A stretch of 64,000 nucleotides of DNA from an uncultured Kiritimatiellota bacterium (GTDB lineage: Bacteria; Verrucomicrobiota; Kiritimatiellia; RFP12; UBA1067). The DNA lies in assembly GCA_934675625.1 (NCBI GenBank), contig CAKURH010000005.1, positions 125 to 64,124 of the forward strand, in the 5' to 3' direction. Shown one piece after another: positions 18,695 to 28,075 of this stretch. The notes below the pieces were generated by a model. The model did not search any database, was not told the origin of the DNA, and saw only the letters and a list, made by a program, of their open reading frames with translations. Made by a program: the position numbers and the translations under genes. Numbering within the stretch: position 1 is the stretch's first letter; every line of letters begins with the position of its first letter.

Positions 18695-20332
18695 TCATCC
18701 CCGGTAGCCATCGAGCACCGTCTGCTTCGGACGCTTGGACTGGCGGGGATAGTCGAGCGTGTAATGGAGGCCGCGCGACTCGTGCCGCTTCTGCGCGCTC
18801 TTCACGATCAACTCCGCGCAGACCGCGAGGTTGCGCAGCTCCAGCGTGTCCGGCGTGACGAGGTAGCGGAAGTAGTAGTCGTGGATCTCGCGGCGAATCA
18901 TGCGCAGACGGTGCGCCGCGCGCGCAAGCCGCTTGTTCGTGCGGACGATGCCCACATAGTCCCACATCAGGCGGCGAATCTCGTCCCACATGTGCGAGAC
19001 CAGCACCGCCTCGTCCGGCGGCACGGCGCTCCCGATCTTCCAGTCGGGAATGAGCGGCTTCCGCACGTCTTCCCCTCTTCCTTCTTCCTTCTTCCTTTTT
19101 CCCTCTTTCTCCCAAAACCTCTCCGGGTGCGGGCCGAGCCGGGCGGCGGTCAGGCGCGCGCAGACGAGGGCCTCCATGAGCGAGTTGGACGCAAGGCGGT
19201 TCGCGCCGTGCAGACCCGTGCAGGCGCACTCGCCGACGGCGGAGAGCCCGCGAATCGAGGTGCGGCCGTCCGTCGTCGCCTGGATGCCGCCGCAGGTGTA
19301 GTGCGCGGCGGGGACGACGGGGATGAGGTCCTTCGCCATGTCGATGCCGAAGGAGAGGCACTTCGCGTAGATGTTCGGGAAGCGCGCCTTCAGGTAGGCC
19401 GCCCCTTTCTTGCGGATGTCGAGGAACATGCAGTCGTCGCCCGTGCGCTTCATTTCGGAATCGATCGAGCGCGCGACGATGTCGCGCGGCGCGAGCGAAC
19501 CGCGCGGGTCGTACTTCTTCATGAACGCCTTGCCGTGCTTGTTGACGAGGACGGCCCCCTCGCCGCGCACGGCCTCGGAGATGAGGAAGCGCTTCGCCTG
19601 CGGATGGTAGAGGCAGGTCGGGTGGAACTGGATGAACTCCATGTTCTCGATCTTCGCCCCCGCGCGCCACGCGAGCGCGATGCCGTCGCCCGTCGCCGTG
19701 TCGGGATTGCACGTGTAGAGGTAGACCTTGCCGCAGCCGCCCGTCGCGAGAATCGTGTTCGGCGAGCGGATCGCGTAGATCTCGCCCGTCGGCTTGTCCA
19801 TGACGTACGCGCCGACGCACCGCTTCTCGCCCTTGAGGCCGATGCGGTTGGACATGACGAGGTCGATGACGATCGTCTGCTCGCGCACCTCGATCGCCTT
19901 CTCGCGCTTCACGCGGCGGATCATCGCCGCCTCGCACTTCTCGCCCGTGATGTCGCCGGCGTGGAAGATGCGCCGCGCGCTATGGCCGCCTTCGCGCGTC
20001 AGGTCCCACGAGCCGTCATCCTTCTTCGCGAAGCGGACGCCGCAGTCGATGAGGTCCTGAATGCCGGCGGGCGCGTTCTCGCAGATCTCGTGGACGACCT
20101 CGCTCTTGCCGAGCCACGCGCCGGCGATCATCGTGTCGCGCGCGTGTTTGTCGAAGGTGTCCTTCGGATCCATCACGCAGCAGATGCCGCCCTGCGCGAA
20201 GTTCGAGTTGCAGTCCTGAAGCCGCGCCTTCGTCACGACGACGACCTTGCCGTACGCGGCGAGGTGCAGCGCGCTCATGAGGCCCGCCATGCCGGACCCG
20301 ACGACGAGATAGTCGCAATCGACCGTCTTCAC
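18695..20332 (-). CDS. nadB: L-aspartate oxidase
   Basis: Motifs DYLVVGSGMAGL (FAD fold), NSNFAQGGI, RFHPT-type (IQFHPT) and GLHGANRLASNSL. GTG start with GGAAGGAG 6 nt upstream. The longer track ORF would begin on top of the promoter. Confidence 0.9.
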   Translation of the reverse strand: MKTVDCDYLVVGSGMAGLMSALHLAAYGKVVVVTKARLQDCNSNFAQGGICCVMDPKDTFDKHARDTMIAGAWLGKSEVVHEICENAPAGIQDLIDCGVRFAKKDDGSWDLTREGGHSARRIFHAGDITGEKCEAAMIRRVKREKAIEVREQTIVIDLVMSNRIGLKGEKRCVGAYVMDKPTGEIYAIRSPNTILATGGCGKVYLYTCNPDTATGDGIALAWRAGAKIENMEFIQFHPTCLYHPQAKRFLISEAVRGEGAVLVNKHGKAFMKKYDPRGSLAPRDIVARSIDSEMKRTGDDCMFLDIRKKGAAYLKARFPNIYAKCLSFGIDMAKDLIPVVPAAHYTCGGIQATTDGRTSIRGLSAVGECACTGLHGANRLASNSLMEALVCARLTAARLGPHPERFWEKEGKRKKEEGRGEDVRKPLIPDWKIGSAVPPDEAVLVSHMWDEIRRLMWDYVGIVRTNKRLARAAHRLRMIRREIHDYYFRYLVTPDTLELRNLAVCAELIVKSAQKRHESRGLHYTLDYPRQSKRPKQTVLDGYRG

Positions 20333-20416
20333 GCCGCGCTCCTTCCGGCCGGTCGCACGTTCCGGCGCACATTCTGGTGTCTGTTCATCTTCTGTTCCCT
20401 GTCTTGCACACCGCAT

Positions 20417-20425
20417 AGTATACCA
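20417..20425 (-). promoter_or_regulatory. Extended -10 promoter (TGGTATACT) for nadB
   Basis: Reverse complement of agtatacca, located between the jetD stop (20454) and the nadB start. Confidence 0.55.
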
Positions 20426-20453
20426 AAAAGTGCGCGCCGCTTCGGGGGTGGGC

Positions 20454-21617
20454 TTAAAACGAGAACGCCTCCTGTTCATACCAACGGCCCTGCTTGAGCA
20501 GAATGGCAATCTCATCGACATAGGGCATGTGCGGGGACTCCGCCAGAAAGCGTTGGGTGCGCATCTGCTGCGCTTCCGTCAACGGGATTCCGGTGATTTC
20601 TCCGGGATTGCGGACAACCTCCGCTGCGAGGACACGGCGTATCGTGAGGCATCGCCCCACCAATGCGGCAATGCGGAAACCGTCGAGATCGGCATCGCCA
20701 GCATGTTCGGCCGTCACGCCCACCGTATCGAGCATACGCAGAAGACGTTGGACGGCGTAATTCGGGTACCCTTCGGTGTAGAGCGCGGGACGCCTCAGCG
20801 TGACGTAACGCGCAAAGGGCGCGGCGTTCTCGCTTGTGATCAACGACCTGTCATCGCCCTGCCATGCGACCGAACGAATGCGGCCCACCGTTTCGCTCGG
20901 AAGCGTACAAGCCAGCCCCGCCGCAAAGAGCCGCATGGGAAAGTCAAACGTCTCGCCCGCATCCGTCGTGAAGACGAGCGGCGCAAAGAACGTTACAAAA
21001 CTCGTGTAGGGATTCTCGATGATGCCGTATGTTCCGAAAAGCGTTCGCTCGTCGATATCGCGTTCCTCCACGGCTGCCAACATCAACGCGAGCTGTCGCC
21101 GCAGGGGGCCTGTCCGCAGGGCCTTGCTGTCGTTGAGCCAGTCGGATCCCAACTGGGAAAGGGTCTTCGCCTCACCGACACCCCTCTTACGCACATGATG
21201 AAACACGCCCAACAACAAGCGCCTCCACGCCACACGATGAGCAGGGCTCCGCAAGAACCGCATCACCTCCGGCATCGTCTGCAAGGCGTCAATCAACGTC
21301 CGTGCCTCCGGCTCACGCCAAGCGAGGCGCGTCAGGAATGTCTCGGGCGATTCCGCCGCCGTGTCTTCCCGCGCCAGCCCCACTGCGGAAATGACCTCTT
21401 GCCACGCCAACGGTTCACGCCAGCGCGGCGGAAGCACCCCCGAAACCGCGCCATCCGCCTTCCGCGTCAAGGGCGTTCCCAAGAGACGTTCCAACTCGCC
21501 CTGTGCCGCATAATCCAGATCTCGCACCGTAAAGTGAGCGGGCAAGGGCTTTCCCTGCAACGCCCGTTTCGCCATCCGAATCAAAAACGGACGGAGCAAC
21601 GCATTCATTTGTGTCAT
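20454..21617 (-). CDS. jetD: Wadjet JetD (Toprim-type nuclease subunit)
   Basis: 387 aa and last gene of a JetABCD-shaped operon. The C-terminal Toprim-like acidic motifs are LITSENAAPF and HAGDADLDGFRI. The N-terminus (LLRPFLIRMAKRAL..FTVRDLDYAAQGELERLLG) resembles TIGR02679-type JetD. Confidence 0.8.
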   Translation of the reverse strand: MTQMNALLRPFLIRMAKRALQGKPLPAHFTVRDLDYAAQGELERLLGTPLTRKADGAVSGVLPPRWREPLAWQEVISAVGLAREDTAAESPETFLTRLAWREPEARTLIDALQTMPEVMRFLRSPAHRVAWRRLLLGVFHHVRKRGVGEAKTLSQLGSDWLNDSKALRTGPLRRQLALMLAAVEERDIDERTLFGTYGIIENPYTSFVTFFAPLVFTTDAGETFDFPMRLFAAGLACTLPSETVGRIRSVAWQGDDRSLITSENAAPFARYVTLRRPALYTEGYPNYAVQRLLRMLDTVGVTAEHAGDADLDGFRIAALVGRCLTIRRVLAAEVVRNPGEITGIPLTEAQQMRTQRFLAESPHMPYVDEIAILLKQGRWYEQEAFSF

Positions 21618-22257
21618 TCCCTTTTGCTTCTTTTCATCTGCCCACCCAATGCCACCTCTTCAAGGGCCGCTTGCTCGCGGCGGAGTTCGGCAAGGAGCTG
21701 TTCCTCGGTCGGCAAGACGAGCTTGTATTTCGCGGCAAAGATCCGCTTCTCGTTGAGCGGCAAGGTATAGCGGACAAGATCCGTTCCCTTGTCCGTGCAG
21801 AGAACAATGCCGATGGGCGGATTGTCACCCGAAGTTCGCGCACACTCCACAGCGACTTCCGACATTCTTCGGTGTAATACTGTCGAGCCTCCTCGTTCTC
21901 GACCGTGATCAAAAGGCGATAATGGCTCCAACTCAATTGTTCACACAGTGTCTGAACTTTTGGAAACGAAAGATAGAACTTTCGCATGGCAAAGAGATTC
22001 ACGCGCGTAAAGCCCGCGCCGAACTCGGCCGTCAACTTTTCAGCCAATGCGTCAATGAGTCCATCGCCATACGTTGCTTTCGCAGAACCGCCCTGCTGTT
22101 CGACAATCATCTTGCCGACGAGCCAGTACGCCTTGACCATCGCGGCATTCGCCGTCTTGTGTACATACCGTCGCGCTTCGACAATAACTTCGCGCACTTG
22201 CGCATAGAAAGCCGATTCGTTCCGCGCCAGACTTGATCCTTTGTTTTTTCTCATCAC
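21614..22257 (-). pseudogene. Decayed DUF1016/YhcG-family PD-(D/E)XK nuclease gene (internal deletion plus frameshift) embedded between jetC and jetD
   Basis: Frame A (from 22257) encodes the YhcG N-domain (VKAYWLVGKMIVEQQ..FTRVNLFAMRKFYLSFP..LSWSHYRLL..WSVRELR). At about 21830 the homology jumps to another frame, which carries only the extreme C-terminus (GDNPPIGIVLCTDKGTDLVRYTLP..AAKYKLVLPTEEQLLAEL). The nuclease core of roughly 150 codons is absent. Confidence 0.7.
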
Positions 22258-22276
22258 CCTATTGCCTCCTTATAAA

Positions 22277-25200
22277 TCAATTGGTCTCCGCCAACACCTT
22301 CATGCCAACGTCCGAATCTGTCGGCGTACCGAAGAAATCGCCTTGCGTGTTTACGTTTCGCCAGACAATCGGACTCAGATGAACGTCAAGATTCTCGTCC
22401 TTGATGACGATGAGCGAGACCGAATGGCTGATCTCGCGCTTGACGCCATCCTGATCGGGCGAGGAGACGAACAATTGGAGCCCAAGGTCGTCGGCAAACG
22501 CGAGCAGCTGATCTCGTCGCGCCGCATCAATGCCATAGAACGCCTCGTCAAAGAGCAGTGGCGCACATTTCGGAGGGTCATTGCGCTCACCGCCATGATA
22601 CAGGAACTCCGCCACCGTCAAAATGAGCAGATAGTTTGGCACGGCCTGTTCGCCACCCGAACCGAGGCTCTTGACCTTTCGGTCGATGATGCGACCCTCC
22701 TCGTTCTCCGTCAGCACCTTGAGCTGGAAGCGGAACCACCGCCGATAGTCGAGAATCTCTGGAATCTGGTCGATTTCGGCGTTTAGGATTTCGTCTCGGT
22801 GTTCTGCTAACGTCTCGCGCAGTTCATCCTTGTCCTCCCCTGAACCTACATTCACGTTGCGTATCTGCTTGACGAACCGCTCGTATGCGGGAACGGGCGT
22901 CAACTCGAATGTGTAGCGGTTCGACCCAAAGCGGCGCCCCGCCAGTTTTTGCTGAATCCGCCGTGCCAAGTTCTCAATCTGCAGAAGATCACGATAGAGC
23001 CGATTCATCACCTCGCCCATGAAGATGCGCTCGAAGACTTCGCGGCTCTTCTGGTTGATGGCACCCTTCAATTCAGCGAGCCTTCGCGTCTCATCCGCCA
23101 GAACCTCGTCCAGTTCGCTTCCGCGCCGATCTGCAAGCCGATTCGCCTCGGCATCGAAGGAAAACGAAAACGTCTCGCCCTTCTGCTCGCGAATCATTCG
23201 CCGTATTTCCGTCTCGGCCACACGCGCATCGCCAATGCACTGCTCACGCAAGGCCGCAAAATCCGTCGCCTGCACACAGGCGGGGCAAAGCCGCGCGGCA
23301 CCATCCGCGATGGACTCGCCCTCTTGCAGGCCATTCGCAAACGCCTCAGCCGACGCCGCCGCGCGTGCCTGTGCGGACGCCGCTTCGGCTTCCTGTGCTT
23401 GACGCATCTTCGTCAGGGTCTCCAGCCGTCCGCGCATCACACCGATTTGCTGCTGGATTCTTTGCGCAGCCTCATCCTTTTGGTGCAGGGTCTTTGTCGC
23501 CGCCGCAATCCGTTTCTCCAGCGATGCGTCGACGCCCTCGGCCCGCATCTTGAGCCGAAGGTCATCCAATTCTTCCTGGACGTCCGCCACCTCCCGCGCA
23601 CGCTCCTCGGCGACGGTCTGCGTCCGCGCCCGCAACGTCTCCTGCGTCGCCTCCTGTTCCCGTGCGCGGCGTACGTTCTCGACGGCTTCGCGAATCTCGT
23701 TCCGCACCGTCTCGACGACGGCCATCAGGCTGCGAACGGCTCGTTCGGACGCCTCGGCGGCCTGCAAATCCCTCTCCGCCGCCTTCTGCGCACGCCGGGC
23801 AACCGCCAAGTTCTCCTCGGCTTCGCGCTGCTGCCGCGCCAGTTCTGCCGCGCGCGCCTTGCGTCCGATGAGCCGGGGCCGCCCGTTCGGCAACGGGGCC
23901 GCACGGTCGCGGAACGCCCATGTCTTGATAGACAAGAACGTTCCGTCCTGCGGTGCGCCACTGGACGCCAATTGCCGCGCCAGCAACCTGACGGCCACAG
24001 GATCGGACTCTTCAAACGAGATGAAGTTTCCAAGCCACGGCGTGAGCGCCGTGACATCCCCGCTCACTTCTTCACACACGGCGACAGCAACAGAAGTTTC
24101 CTCCTGCCACGCGAGCTGACGGACGCGATCCGCCTCCTTCTCGTCCGTCACAAGCGTCGCCAAAAATGCCTCACCCACCAGTTGCTCCAGCAGCGCAAGA
24201 TGCCGCGCGTCACAGCCGGACGCCGGTTCCAGAAGCTCATACACGCTCCGTACCGAGAGCATATTCTGCCGAAGTGTCGCCTGAAGATCCGTAAAGCCGG
24301 GAATCGCAGGGACATTCTCCTTGCGCGTCCGCAACTGCGCACAGACCTTCTCGGCCTCCTCCGTTGCCGTCGCCGCATCCGTGGCGCGTTGTCGCGCCTC
24401 GTAGCTTCGCGTCATCCGCTCGTCACGAGCCTGACCGAGCGTCGGGCCAAGGGCCGCAAACGCCGGCGCACACGCGGCCGTCTTGTGCAGGGGATCTGCC
24501 GCGAAAAGCGCGTCCGTGAGTTCACCGCACGCAAAATCCGCTTCGCGGCTCGTTTTCTGAATCGTCTCGCCCGCGCGCCGCAAGGTGTCCGCACACAGGG
24601 ACACGGCCTGTACACGGGCCTTAGCCGCCATTCGCACACGGGCCGTCTCGTCGGAAAGGCGCGCCGCCTCCTCGTCGGCACGACGTCGGCATTCGACCAG
24701 ACGCGCCACGACGGACTTCTCACGCCCGAGAAGCCCCGTCGCATCCTTCTGCCGGAGATCGTCCAGCCGTTCGCGCGCGCGCTCCGTCTCGGCCCACGCC
24801 GCCTGAGCGGACGATTCGAGCGCCTTCACTTCCGATTGGCCCGCTGTCTCGGCAACCCCAAGCCTTTCGGCTTCCGTTGCCGCGCGGACACGCGCCGCTT
24901 CCGCTTCGGCCCACGCGATGACGGACGTCTGAAGCCGTGCATTCGCAAGCTGGTCTCGCCGACGTCTGAGATCCGTCAAGTAACGGGCTCGCTCGTCAAT
25001 CTGGTCGAGCCGCCCCTTGCTTTCCTCCAGTTCGCGCAAGCCCGTGAGAAGCGGCTCGAACGTCTCGCGCGCCGGATCTTCCAAAAGTTGCCGAAAGAGT
25101 TCATCGTAGTTCGTTGCGCGCGCGGCGATCTCCCGATAGGCCTTGCCCGTCCGCAAGAGCTTGCAGACATCCGCATACTTGGATTCGCCACCAAAGAGAC

Positions 25201-25771
25201 GCTTGGCAACCGCCTCGCGATAATCGCCGATGTGGCCAAAGTATTTGCCGCCCACAAAGTTTCCGCCCGTCAACGCACGCTTGAACTCGGCCTGTGTTGC
25301 GGCGCGGAGACGACCTTCTTCCGCAATCGTGAGCGGCAAGTCTCGAACCGGGACAGACGCCACGCCGCCCCAACTCTGGTAGGCGATATCCAACCCTTCC
25401 GCCGAAAAACCGACCGCGAACGAGACGACCTTGTTCGCATCCGTCATCGACCGCAGTTCAACGGCCGCGTAGGTGATGCCCGTCTCGCGCGCTGCGCGGC
25501 CCGTCACGGCGTTGTAGCGGAGGACGATGCCTTGGATTGTGCGTCCACCGGCATCCTTCGCCCCCGCGACACGTGCGGCGGAATTGAATTCCATGTCGCG
25601 TCCGGCAGAGAGGACAAGATGAATCGCATCGAGAAGCGTCGTCTTGCCGGATCCGTTGTCGCCCAGCAAAAAGAGATGCCCGCCTTCAGGAATGTCAACG
25701 GTCGTGGTGCCAAGATTGTGAAACTCCACAAGGCGAACGGCCGTGATGCGGTAGTTTTCCGAAACTTTCAT
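22277..25771 (-). CDS. jetC: Wadjet JetC (SMC-like ABC ATPase)
   Basis: Start MKVSENYRITAVRLVEFHNLG overlaps the jetB stop (ATGA). Walker A is LLGDNGSGKTTLLDAI. About 700 aa of Ala/Glu/Arg-rich coiled coil follow. The C-terminus has signature/Walker B (LGSGGEQAV, PLLFDEAFYGID). Confidence 0.85.
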   Translation of the reverse strand: MKVSENYRITAVRLVEFHNLGTTTVDIPEGGHLFLLGDNGSGKTTLLDAIHLVLSAGRDMEFNSAARVAGAKDAGGRTIQGIVLRYNAVTGRAARETGITYAAVELRSMTDANKVVSFAVGFSAEGLDIAYQSWGGVASVPVRDLPLTIAEEGRLRAATQAEFKRALTGGNFVGGKYFGHIGDYREAVAKRLFGGESKYADVCKLLRTGKAYREIAARATNYDELFRQLLEDPARETFEPLLTGLRELEESKGRLDQIDERARYLTDLRRRRDQLANARLQTSVIAWAEAEAARVRAATEAERLGVAETAGQSEVKALESSAQAAWAETERARERLDDLRQKDATGLLGREKSVVARLVECRRRADEEAARLSDETARVRMAAKARVQAVSLCADTLRRAGETIQKTSREADFACGELTDALFAADPLHKTAACAPAFAALGPTLGQARDERMTRSYEARQRATDAATATEEAEKVCAQLRTRKENVPAIPGFTDLQATLRQNMLSVRSVYELLEPASGCDARHLALLEQLVGEAFLATLVTDEKEADRVRQLAWQEETSVAVAVCEEVSGDVTALTPWLGNFISFEESDPVAVRLLARQLASSGAPQDGTFLSIKTWAFRDRAAPLPNGRPRLIGRKARAAELARQQREAEENLAVARRAQKAAERDLQAAEASERAVRSLMAVVETVRNEIREAVENVRRAREQEATQETLRARTQTVAEERAREVADVQEELDDLRLKMRAEGVDASLEKRIAAATKTLHQKDEAAQRIQQQIGVMRGRLETLTKMRQAQEAEAASAQARAAASAEAFANGLQEGESIADGAARLCPACVQATDFAALREQCIGDARVAETEIRRMIREQKGETFSFSFDAEANRLADRRGSELDEVLADETRRLAELKGAINQKSREVFERIFMGEVMNRLYRDLLQIENLARRIQQKLAGRRFGSNRYTFELTPVPAYERFVKQIRNVNVGSGEDKDELRETLAEHRDEILNAEIDQIPEILDYRRWFRFQLKVLTENEEGRIIDRKVKSLGSGGEQAVPNYLLILTVAEFLYHGGERNDPPKCAPLLFDEAFYGIDAARRDQLLAFADDLGLQLFVSSPDQDGVKREISHSVSLIVIKDENLDVHLSPIVWRNVNTQGDFFGTPTDSDVGMKVLAETN

Positions 25772-26436
25772 TCGGCGACCTCCTGTTCCGTTTTCGCCGA
25801 TTCCACTGAGCCCGAAATCGGCTCGGCGAGCTGCGCCGCCTGATAGTGCCAAAGGGCCGGCAGACACTCCCAGATCGTCTCCGCCTCGCTGACAGATTCG
25901 TCGGCGGACGGCTTCATCTTACGTAGGAAGCGATAGCGTTCCAACGTCGGCATCAGGCCACGCAGGATCTGCCGCACCTTCTCGTCCGTATACAGCGCGC
26001 GCTTCTCCGGCAGCAGTTCGCGGAACCGCGCTGCCGCGTATTCAAGCCAGTCGCCGAAGCGAATGCGCAGGTTGTCGCGATCATCCGCCGCCACGCCCTG
26101 TTCGCGAGCCTCCCTCTCAAAGAACTCCAACAGCAGCAGAAAGCCAAGACATTCATCACGGCGCGTGAAGCCGAACATGTCCCGATTCGGTGGCGTGATC
26201 GCCTCGTTGTACCATTTCGGCTTGTAGAGACGTGCGCATTTCGCATCCATCACGAGCGTCCATCCAAAGCACTTGTCGAAGAACGCCGCGAACGCCTGAC
26301 GATACCGCTGCAGCACGAGAAAGGTGCGTTCGTCGTCCGTCTTGTAGAAATACGGCGACTCCATCAGGATGTTCAGGGCCGTCTGCACGAGGACGGATGT
26401 CTGGTCGCCTCGGTCGAGCAGTTCTTCAATCTTCAT
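25768..26436 (-). CDS. jetB: Wadjet JetB (small KITE-like subunit, DUF4194-sized)
   Basis: 222-aa acidic protein in the canonical position between jetA and jetC. Overlaps jetA by 11 nt and jetC by 4 nt. Assignment rests on position and size. Confidence 0.7.
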   Translation of the reverse strand: MKIEELLDRGDQTSVLVQTALNILMESPYFYKTDDERTFLVLQRYRQAFAAFFDKCFGWTLVMDAKCARLYKPKWYNEAITPPNRDMFGFTRRDECLGFLLLLEFFEREAREQGVAADDRDNLRIRFGDWLEYAAARFRELLPEKRALYTDEKVRQILRGLMPTLERYRFLRKMKPSADESVSEAETIWECLPALWHYQAAQLAEPISGSVESAKTEQEVAE

Positions 26437-28036
26437 GTTCGGATTCCTTTTGCGCTTTCGCGAGAACCAAATCGTTGCAGGTCAACATACACCCGACACC
26501 AGTCAACGTCGCCGCTTCGGACAGTTCTCGCGCGGTGACATCAAGATAGCGGCGGCCTTTCTCGCCACGGCCAAGGCACGTGTATTCAATCAACTGGACA
26601 ACATTCGGAAAATCGTCGAACGTCTGCGGAACGAGGGACGAGAGTCGCGTTGTCGATTCTTCGGGATAAAGGGCGCATGTTTTGAGCCAGTCTTTCAGTC
26701 GCGCACCACGCACCTGGGAAATGGAGGCGATATCCGCCTTTTCGCCGACCGTTCGCGGCGTAATCCATGTGACGGTCTTTCTCGCCTTGACCTTCGCAGA
26801 GGCTTTCGGAAGCGGATGCACCGACTTCTCGCCGCCGGGACGGATCTGTGCATCGCCCCGCATCGCCGCCGTCTCCAGCAACCGGCGAAACCAGCCGTAG
26901 GGAACGACATCCTCCTCCATTTTCGCAAGTTCGGCAATCCGCACGCCAAGGTCTTCGAGACGGTGGTTGCGGCGTTCAAGTTCACGCAGTTTTGCGTTGA
27001 GCTTGCCCCAGACCTTGCGTGCCGAATCGACGATGCGTTGCATCAAATCGACAAGTGCGCCGTCGGGTGCATAGAATCGGGCGGCATCGGAAAGAATCGC
27101 GGCCGCATCGGGAATGCGCATGGACGCAATGTGGCGGAACTTCGACGCCTCGGCACGAAGGACGTCCGCACACATTGCCCAACGCGCCGCCTGATTCGGA
27201 CGCCGCAGTTCCGTGAGATCCTGGACAATCTCCTCGCGCAAGACACCGAAGCGCCGCCCGAATCGGTCCAGGAAGAGCGCGAGTTCATCGACAACAGGCT
27301 TGGCCGCGTCCGCCGCGAACGATTCCGCACCGAACGAGAGAAGCCGCAGGTTCAAGGCCTGCAATGTCCGCGCAGTCGCATCGACATAGACACGCATCTG
27401 CTCGACGCGGTAGAGGACATCACCGGCGGTATCGGCATCCGTCCCCGTCGGCGCCACCGTGCGGAGTTTGCGCCGAAGTTCATGTAGCAGAGAACACTGG
27501 AGGTCGAGGAGATTGCCGGTGATGTCGCCCCCACCCGCATCCAACGGACGGTCTCGCCGTTCCTCCAACCACGCGACAAATTGGGCGGCCTCTTCGCAAA
27601 GCCGATAACGGAACTTCGTGCGACGGTTGTCCCGATAGCCACGCAACCGCTCCTTCTCGATTCGTTCGGTGACAAGCCCCCAGTCCTTCAGCTGGCGAAG
27701 ATCGCTCTTGAGCGTCAGTTCGGCAAACGGATCGAGCGTTTCGCCGCAGACGGCGCGCGCAATGTCCTCATGAAGCGGTTCGGGTTCGTGATGCTGACGG
27801 AATTCGGCGAACGCCCGCAGAATCGCCACATACTCGACGGCGCGATCAGCGGCAAGAAGACTTCCAAGCTCCTTGATCTTGCCGCCGACCCATTCAGCGG
27901 TCGAGGCGACCAGCGGCGAATCGATGAGCCGCGCCGATTCGGACGCAGCAGACGCATCCGGCTCACGCGAAACGCCCACCCGCGCCTCCGCCGCCGCAAA
28001 CAAGTCATCCGACCAATTGTCCCGCCCCCTTTTCAT
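26426..28036 (-). CDS. jetA: Wadjet JetA (kleisin-like subunit)
   Basis: 536 aa and first gene of the operon. The N-terminal winged-helix-like segment (AVEYVAILRAFAEFRQHHEPEPLHEDIARAV) resembles the TIGR02677/DUF2397 type. Assignment rests on synteny plus weak motif memory. Confidence 0.7.
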   Translation of the reverse strand: MKRGRDNWSDDLFAAAEARVGVSREPDASAASESARLIDSPLVASTAEWVGGKIKELGSLLAADRAVEYVAILRAFAEFRQHHEPEPLHEDIARAVCGETLDPFAELTLKSDLRQLKDWGLVTERIEKERLRGYRDNRRTKFRYRLCEEAAQFVAWLEERRDRPLDAGGGDITGNLLDLQCSLLHELRRKLRTVAPTGTDADTAGDVLYRVEQMRVYVDATARTLQALNLRLLSFGAESFAADAAKPVVDELALFLDRFGRRFGVLREEIVQDLTELRRPNQAARWAMCADVLRAEASKFRHIASMRIPDAAAILSDAARFYAPDGALVDLMQRIVDSARKVWGKLNAKLRELERRNHRLEDLGVRIAELAKMEEDVVPYGWFRRLLETAAMRGDAQIRPGGEKSVHPLPKASAKVKARKTVTWITPRTVGEKADIASISQVRGARLKDWLKTCALYPEESTTRLSSLVPQTFDDFPNVVQLIEYTCLGRGEKGRRYLDVTARELSEAATLTGVGCMLTCNDLVLAKAQKESEHED

Positions 28037-28042
28037 GGGGAT

Positions 28043-28051
28043 ATTATAGCA
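28043..28051 (-). promoter_or_regulatory. Extended -10 promoter (TGCTATAAT) for jetABCD; implies a leaderless jetA
   Basis: Reverse complement of attatagca. Only 6 nt (ATCCCC) separate the -10 hexamer from the jetA ATG at 28036. Confidence 0.55.
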
Positions 28052-28075
28052 TAATGCGCATGAAAGCTGATCCGT

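Noticed and set aside
22949-25843. 964-aa plus-strand ORF opposite jetC
   Set aside because: It is a shadow ORF typical of high-GC DNA, with low-complexity Arg/Leu/Pro composition. The minus strand has Walker A/B motifs and coiled coil.
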